A DNA stretch of 63,228 nt, filler included, from Pelomyxa schiedti (lineage: Eukaryota; Protista; Evosea): assembly GCA_020536535.1 (NCBI GenBank). It is 13 parts of 13 records of this genome, joined end to end, with 100 filler letters (N's around TTAATTAATTAA, not from the genome) between each part and the next. Parts side by side here need not be neighbours in the genome. Positions count along the whole stretch, not along the records: positions 62,165 to 63,228 come from JAHLWZ010002902.1; 12 more parts are not named here. One strand, given 5' to 3'. The translations under genes were made by a program, and so were the position numbers. Below are positions 62,165 through 63,228 of this stretch, in pieces; position 1 is the stretch's first letter; every line of letters begins with the position of its first letter. The notes under the pieces are model-generated. The model was not told where the DNA came from. It did not search any database and worked only from the letters and a program-made list of their open reading frames with translations.

Positions 62165-62797
62165 TCCTCCGCAGCATTAATGATCTTTCAGTCCCTCTGC
62201 CTCACACCCAAAGGGAATCGATTCCAGCAGATAATGTCCATTTTGGCACTCAATTATACTCTTGGTGTCACAACTGCTGTGAACTGCAAAAGTGGATGTG
62301 ATCGAACTGGAATAATGTTTGCCATGGCTTCAGCTGTTTTGTGCGTATTTTTGTCTTGTCTCCAATTCCAACAGAAAATCTTATTTTAACACAAATGTAG
62401 CACCATGTTGGAAACCAGAAGAAACCTTCCCCAGCTTGCAGAACTCATTGAAAACTATGACGACATGAGACTCCCCAGTTTCATCACTTCCGCGGGAGGA
62501 GCTCCTCCACAAACTAACCCATCAGCGGTGGTTGTTCAACCCAGTACAGTGCCAAAAAGCCAACCAATGGCAACAACAGTCACCGGTTACTGCAACAGTC
62601 TTTATGGGAGTGCTGCTGCTGCTTCCAGCAATTTCGAACCCATTGCTGTTCCACAGATATATCCAAACCTCGGGGGGGATTTTACAACATCCACACCACC
62701 ACTTCCCGCTTCGTCATCACCCAGCCCAAACAACGTCACCACACCGACCTGCACAATGGACGAATATGACACCTACACCGGGGGGCAAGTCAAGTGA
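62165..62797 (+). CDS. CX5R phosphoinositide phosphatase-like (INPP4/SopB-IpgD type) C-terminal fragment, ending inside an inserted repeat
   Basis: AVNCKSGCDRTG motif. A GT-AG intron at about 62341-62400 leads into a Pro/Ser/Thr-rich tail. Confidence 0.65.
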
Positions 62798-63228
62798 GAA
62801 AAACAGAATTTTTTAGTGAGCAAGGCAGGGTGAAGCAGCCCGATTTTGCCGGGATTTGTTGATGTTTTGTGCCGCGGGGCGGTTGGCGCGGCACCGCGGC
62901 GGCAGTGCGGCGTGTGTTCGTTGAATCGGGTCTCGCCGCGGCTGCGCGGCCTTGACATAAATGGGTTTTGGTGATTATTCAGTGGCTTGTGTCTTTTGAC
63001 ATGCCGCCAGTAGTGCATCAGTGAGTGCGTCTGCCATCCTCTGCATTGCGTTGGTCGTCTCGTTTCCGTCAGCCATTACTGAAACCCGCAAAAAGCCTCC
63101 ACCAAAATGTATGCTTCTGTGTATGTTGTGCTTGAACTAATGTGGGGATACTCACTCAATAACGGAAGACAGAAAGAGATGAATTCGATTGGAATAAAGG
63201 GTTCTATTGTTTGCTTTGTGTTTGTTGT
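62776..63228 (+). mobile_element. Dispersed repeat (putative TA-targeting DNA transposon), copy 2
   Basis: Matches 53083-53257 over about 172 bp and is preceded by TA. Its extent beyond 62947 is assumed. Confidence 0.65.

Overview
This is not a prokaryotic locus. It is gene-dense eukaryotic DNA with many short (about 35-60 nt) spliceosomal introns. About 13 unrelated contigs are joined by artificial N-TTAATTAATTAA-N spacers, and there are three 100-N scaffold gaps, so neighbourhood across spacers means nothing. Gene content and an expanded intronless family with an N-terminal 'DQFxAL..S..RCG..SP' motif suggest an amoebozoan, possibly a Pelomyxa-like archamoeba (inference, not verified). Splicing exons by hand recovers POT1, a GNAT acetyltransferase, NAXD, a vwkA-type VWA protein, a 3-hydroxyacyl-CoA-dehydrogenase-like/RING fusion, an EF-hand TKL kinase, a very large BEACH-WD40 protein, AlaX/AARSD1, a large Ser/Asp-repeat GPI-type surface protein, a TM2 protein, beta-amylase, a Stealth phosphotransferase, a RagA/Gtr1-like GTPase, a SEL1-repeat protein, DDX55/Spb4 and a SopB/INPP4-like CX5R phosphatase. 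The most notable observations are: (1) a catalytically degenerate NAD-binding 3HCDH domain with a His-Gly insert fused to a RING finger; (2) an intron-containing piggyBac-like transposase preceded by a nested-palindrome tandem array with one flipped loop; (3) a BEACH protein with an IPT/TIG domain and two tandem PH domains; (4) non-canonical splicing, namely an apparently obligatory GT..TG intron with U12-like signals and several GC-AG introns; (5) an intronless multigene family with several pseudogenised members; (6) a TA-flanked dispersed repeat that truncates a gene. All splice models are manual and lack RNA support.
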